Both the position numbers and the translations under genes were made by a program. A stretch of DNA of 63,998 nucleotides, filler included, from Asterionella formosa (taxonomy: Eukaryota): the NCBI GenBank assembly GCA_002256025.1. It is 5 parts of 5 records of this genome, joined end to end, with 100 filler letters (N's around TTAATTAATTAA, not from the genome) between each part and the next. Parts side by side here need not be neighbours in the genome. Positions count along the whole stretch, not along the records: positions 51,427 to 63,998 come from NKIB01007425.1; 4 more parts are not named here. The stretch is one strand, 5' to 3'. This document shows, piece after piece, positions 62,007 through 63,998 of this stretch. Below the pieces are notes generated by a model. It saw nothing but the letters and a program-made list of their open reading frames with translations, searched no databases and was not told the DNA's origin. Each line of letters opens with the position of its first letter. Positions within the stretch are counted from its first letter, which is position 1.

Positions 62007-62459
62007 TTATTCGCTACCTATAATCATCCCGTAGGGCTTGTGAGACAAAATAAATGCCACACTTCGTCCGGATCCGATTCCAATTCTTATACCAACCTTC
62101 TTTGAGAACACAGACTGAGTCAAATTATTGATTCGGCACCTCCAATGGAACATGGAACAAGCATTATTTCGCAAATTTGGCGATACAGTCACCCACTTCA
62201 CAAAATTGGCCGGATGAGTTAATCTCTGATTATGCAGAACAGGAACGCACCACAAATCAGAGCATTTACGAAAACACGGCGGCTGGCGAAGCCGTATGTA
62301 GTGCGCAGCTTTGGTGAAAGTTTCGGTGCCTTTGTAAGAAGTCATCGCGCTTGGCCTATCAGCGATTACGTCAACATGAGAAGGTTCTGAATTTGGCATT
62401 CCTTGTGGGCTTGCAACCAGACTGTTGCTGAGTGGTGCCGTTTTGGTTTTCAATTTCAA
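62007..62459 (-). CDS. Possible hypothetical protein
   Basis: 150-aa open frame between genes, no recognised motif, non-ATG first codon. Confidence 0.25.
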   Translation of the reverse strand: MKLKTKTAPLSNSLVASPQGMPNSEPSHVDVIADRPSAMTSYKGTETFTKAAHYIRLRQPPCFRKCSDLWCVPVLHNQRLTHPANFVKWVTVSPNLRNNACSMFHWRCRINNLTQSVFSKKVGIRIGIGSGRSVAFILSHKPYGMIIGSE

Positions 62460-62764
62460 TCGTAATTTTTATATCACGAGCTTTCTGTTTCGTCGAGGGT
62501 CTTCTTATTACTAGCGATTGAACGAGCTAATTCGATAAAGGAATGCGAACAGATGCAAATTGCAAAAATAAACTTTCATTCCGAACATATGTAACGAACT
62601 TCATGTTTCTAATTTGAGATGCCAATATTTACTGTGCGATAGAAATCTCCTTTCAGCTCCACCACAGGTTGTGGTTACTTACTAAAAAACGTAAGTTAAA
62701 ATGAAAGTACCTCATAGTTCAGAAAAAAAGAAAGTCTTGCACATTGATCACTCTTTATCTGAAG

Positions 62765-63925
62765 TCAGTACGAGAAAAAACGTAGGGGAATAGTCGAAGG
62801 AGCAGAAACATCACCTTCTTGCTGGTTTTCATTAGCTTCAGGTGGAGGCCTTTTGTTGATGATGTAAACTGCAGGACCTGGACTGTTTAATGGTGTCTGA
62901 GATGGTTCCTCGTCGTCGTCTCCGTCGTTTCCATGTATTTCGACCTCCCATGTAGCGTTATTTCCACTGGCACGGAGGCCCTTTACAACCACTTCCTCCA
63001 GCCATTCCAGTCCATCATTCGTGTGGGCATTGAGATGAGATACCACAACCAAGTATCCTCCAGTTTTCAGGATTCTAGCACATTCAGTGACGATTGCAAC
63101 ACAGCCCGCTTCCCCAACATCAGTGTCAGATAGCATGGCATCGAGTGTACCCTTTTCGAGAACCAAGTCAAAACTTTCATCTTGGTATGTCATCTTTCGT
63201 GCATCAGCTACTTGGAATTCGAGCACTGTTGCCGTGATCCCGTTACTTTGTGTCGTAATTGACTTTTCGACTGGGTTTGATGTTTTACTACATTCACGCT
63301 TCTCTCGGTTAGATTCCAAGGTAGATATACATGCTGAACTGTAATCCGTACAAACAATTCGTTTGACAATGTTTCCCGCCTTTGCTCCAGTCTTTGCTTC
63401 AAGCTCTTCCAGTTCCTTGGCTAGTTCATCACCAAGTGGAACATCTCCACAGCCAACTTCGAGTACAGAAATGGGACCGTTGACGGCGAGGCCTGCTCGA
63501 TCACTTGGTTCGTCCTCTTCTCCTTCGTCGTCTGATTCTTCTTCTTCGTCTTCGTCGAATTCTTCTGTAGTGTCACCAGTAGCAACAGTGTGATTTCGTA
63601 CACGGGTCACTTGATTGCCATTAAGATCCGGAAGTACTTCCGGATCCTGTTCCTGGCCTTCATCGCCGTCACCTTCTGACGCCATTAATACAGCCATTGC
63701 TTCATTTCTTCCTCCTAATATCAATGGCAAAAGCAAAGGCCGTAAGTCTTGGTATGTAAAGTACCAAGAGTGATAAGCCAGCTCATCATCATCGCTTTTG
63801 TCCTGCGATTCAGTTGCGGGTTCCCCCAGTCGAAATTTCTTATAGCGTCCATCCCAGTATTGTTGAGAGCCATAAGCTGGAGCGTCTTTGGTTTCGTTAC
63901 TGCGTCGAGTTTTTGTAGCTGTCAT
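62765..63925 (-). CDS. Class I SAM-dependent methyltransferase, EEF1AKMT4/METTL13-like
   Basis: YGSQQYWDGRY, SWY, VLEVGCG (motif I), TDYS, VADAR, FDLVLEKGTLDAML; acidic insertions. Confidence 0.88.
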   Translation of the reverse strand: MTATKTRRSNETKDAPAYGSQQYWDGRYKKFRLGEPATESQDKSDDDELAYHSWYFTYQDLRPLLLPLILGGRNEAMAVLMASEGDGDEGQEQDPEVLPDLNGNQVTRVRNHTVATGDTTEEFDEDEEEESDDEGEEDEPSDRAGLAVNGPISVLEVGCGDVPLGDELAKELEELEAKTGAKAGNIVKRIVCTDYSSACISTLESNREKRECSKTSNPVEKSITTQSNGITATVLEFQVADARKMTYQDESFDLVLEKGTLDAMLSDTDVGEAGCVAIVTECARILKTGGYLVVVSHLNAHTNDGLEWLEEVVVKGLRASGNNATWEVEIHGNDGDDDEEPSQTPLNSPGPAVYIINKRPPPEANENQQEGDVSAPSTIPLRFFSY

Positions 63926-63998
63926 CTTCTAGTCCAGCTTCTCTTTTTGCTCTGGAGAAAGGAGGAGAAATAGTAGCGCGAAATCAATGGATTCTGAA

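Noticed and set aside
1..63998. Fanzor/TnpB, Cas or viral hallmark genes
   Set aside because: No RuvC-type, Cas, capsid or viral polymerase motifs recognised in the translations; a profile search would be needed to exclude very decayed copies.

Overview
This is eukaryotic DNA, most likely from a diatom or related stramenopile: it has short GT-AG introns, diatom-type HSF/bHLH/vWA genes, a CoDi-like copia relic and a signal-peptide-bearing ubiquitin E1. It is not one locus. Four identical 100-nt linkers (44 N + TTAATTAATTAA + 44 N) split it into five pieces of steadily decreasing length (>=12770, 12768, 12748, 12740, >=12572 bp), i.e. size-sorted unplaced scaffolds joined artificially. Host genes: vWA protein (partial), GGCT-like protein, photolyase/cryptochrome (partial), SMU1, class 3 lipase, bHLH and HSF transcription factors, an RVxW-motif coiled-coil protein, a very large MFS transporter, a probable SELMA-type E1, a class V PLP enzyme and an EEF1AKMT4-like methyltransferase. 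Pieces 1, 2 and 4 are largely decayed transposons (Kolobok/Mutator-like, Plavaka-like, PIF/Harbinger, pogo/Tigger, IS630/Tc1-like, piggyBac-like, copia, MITEs). Most interesting leads: a Plavaka-like transposase relic followed by a 2OG-Fe(II) dioxygenase-like gene, a P2X7-ballast/KolX-like ORF beside a Kolobok-type transposase, a ~90-bp palindromic element recurring on three scaffolds, and a fold-back element whose loop copies the upstream region of the neighbouring gene. All family assignments come from motif recognition by eye, not database searches.
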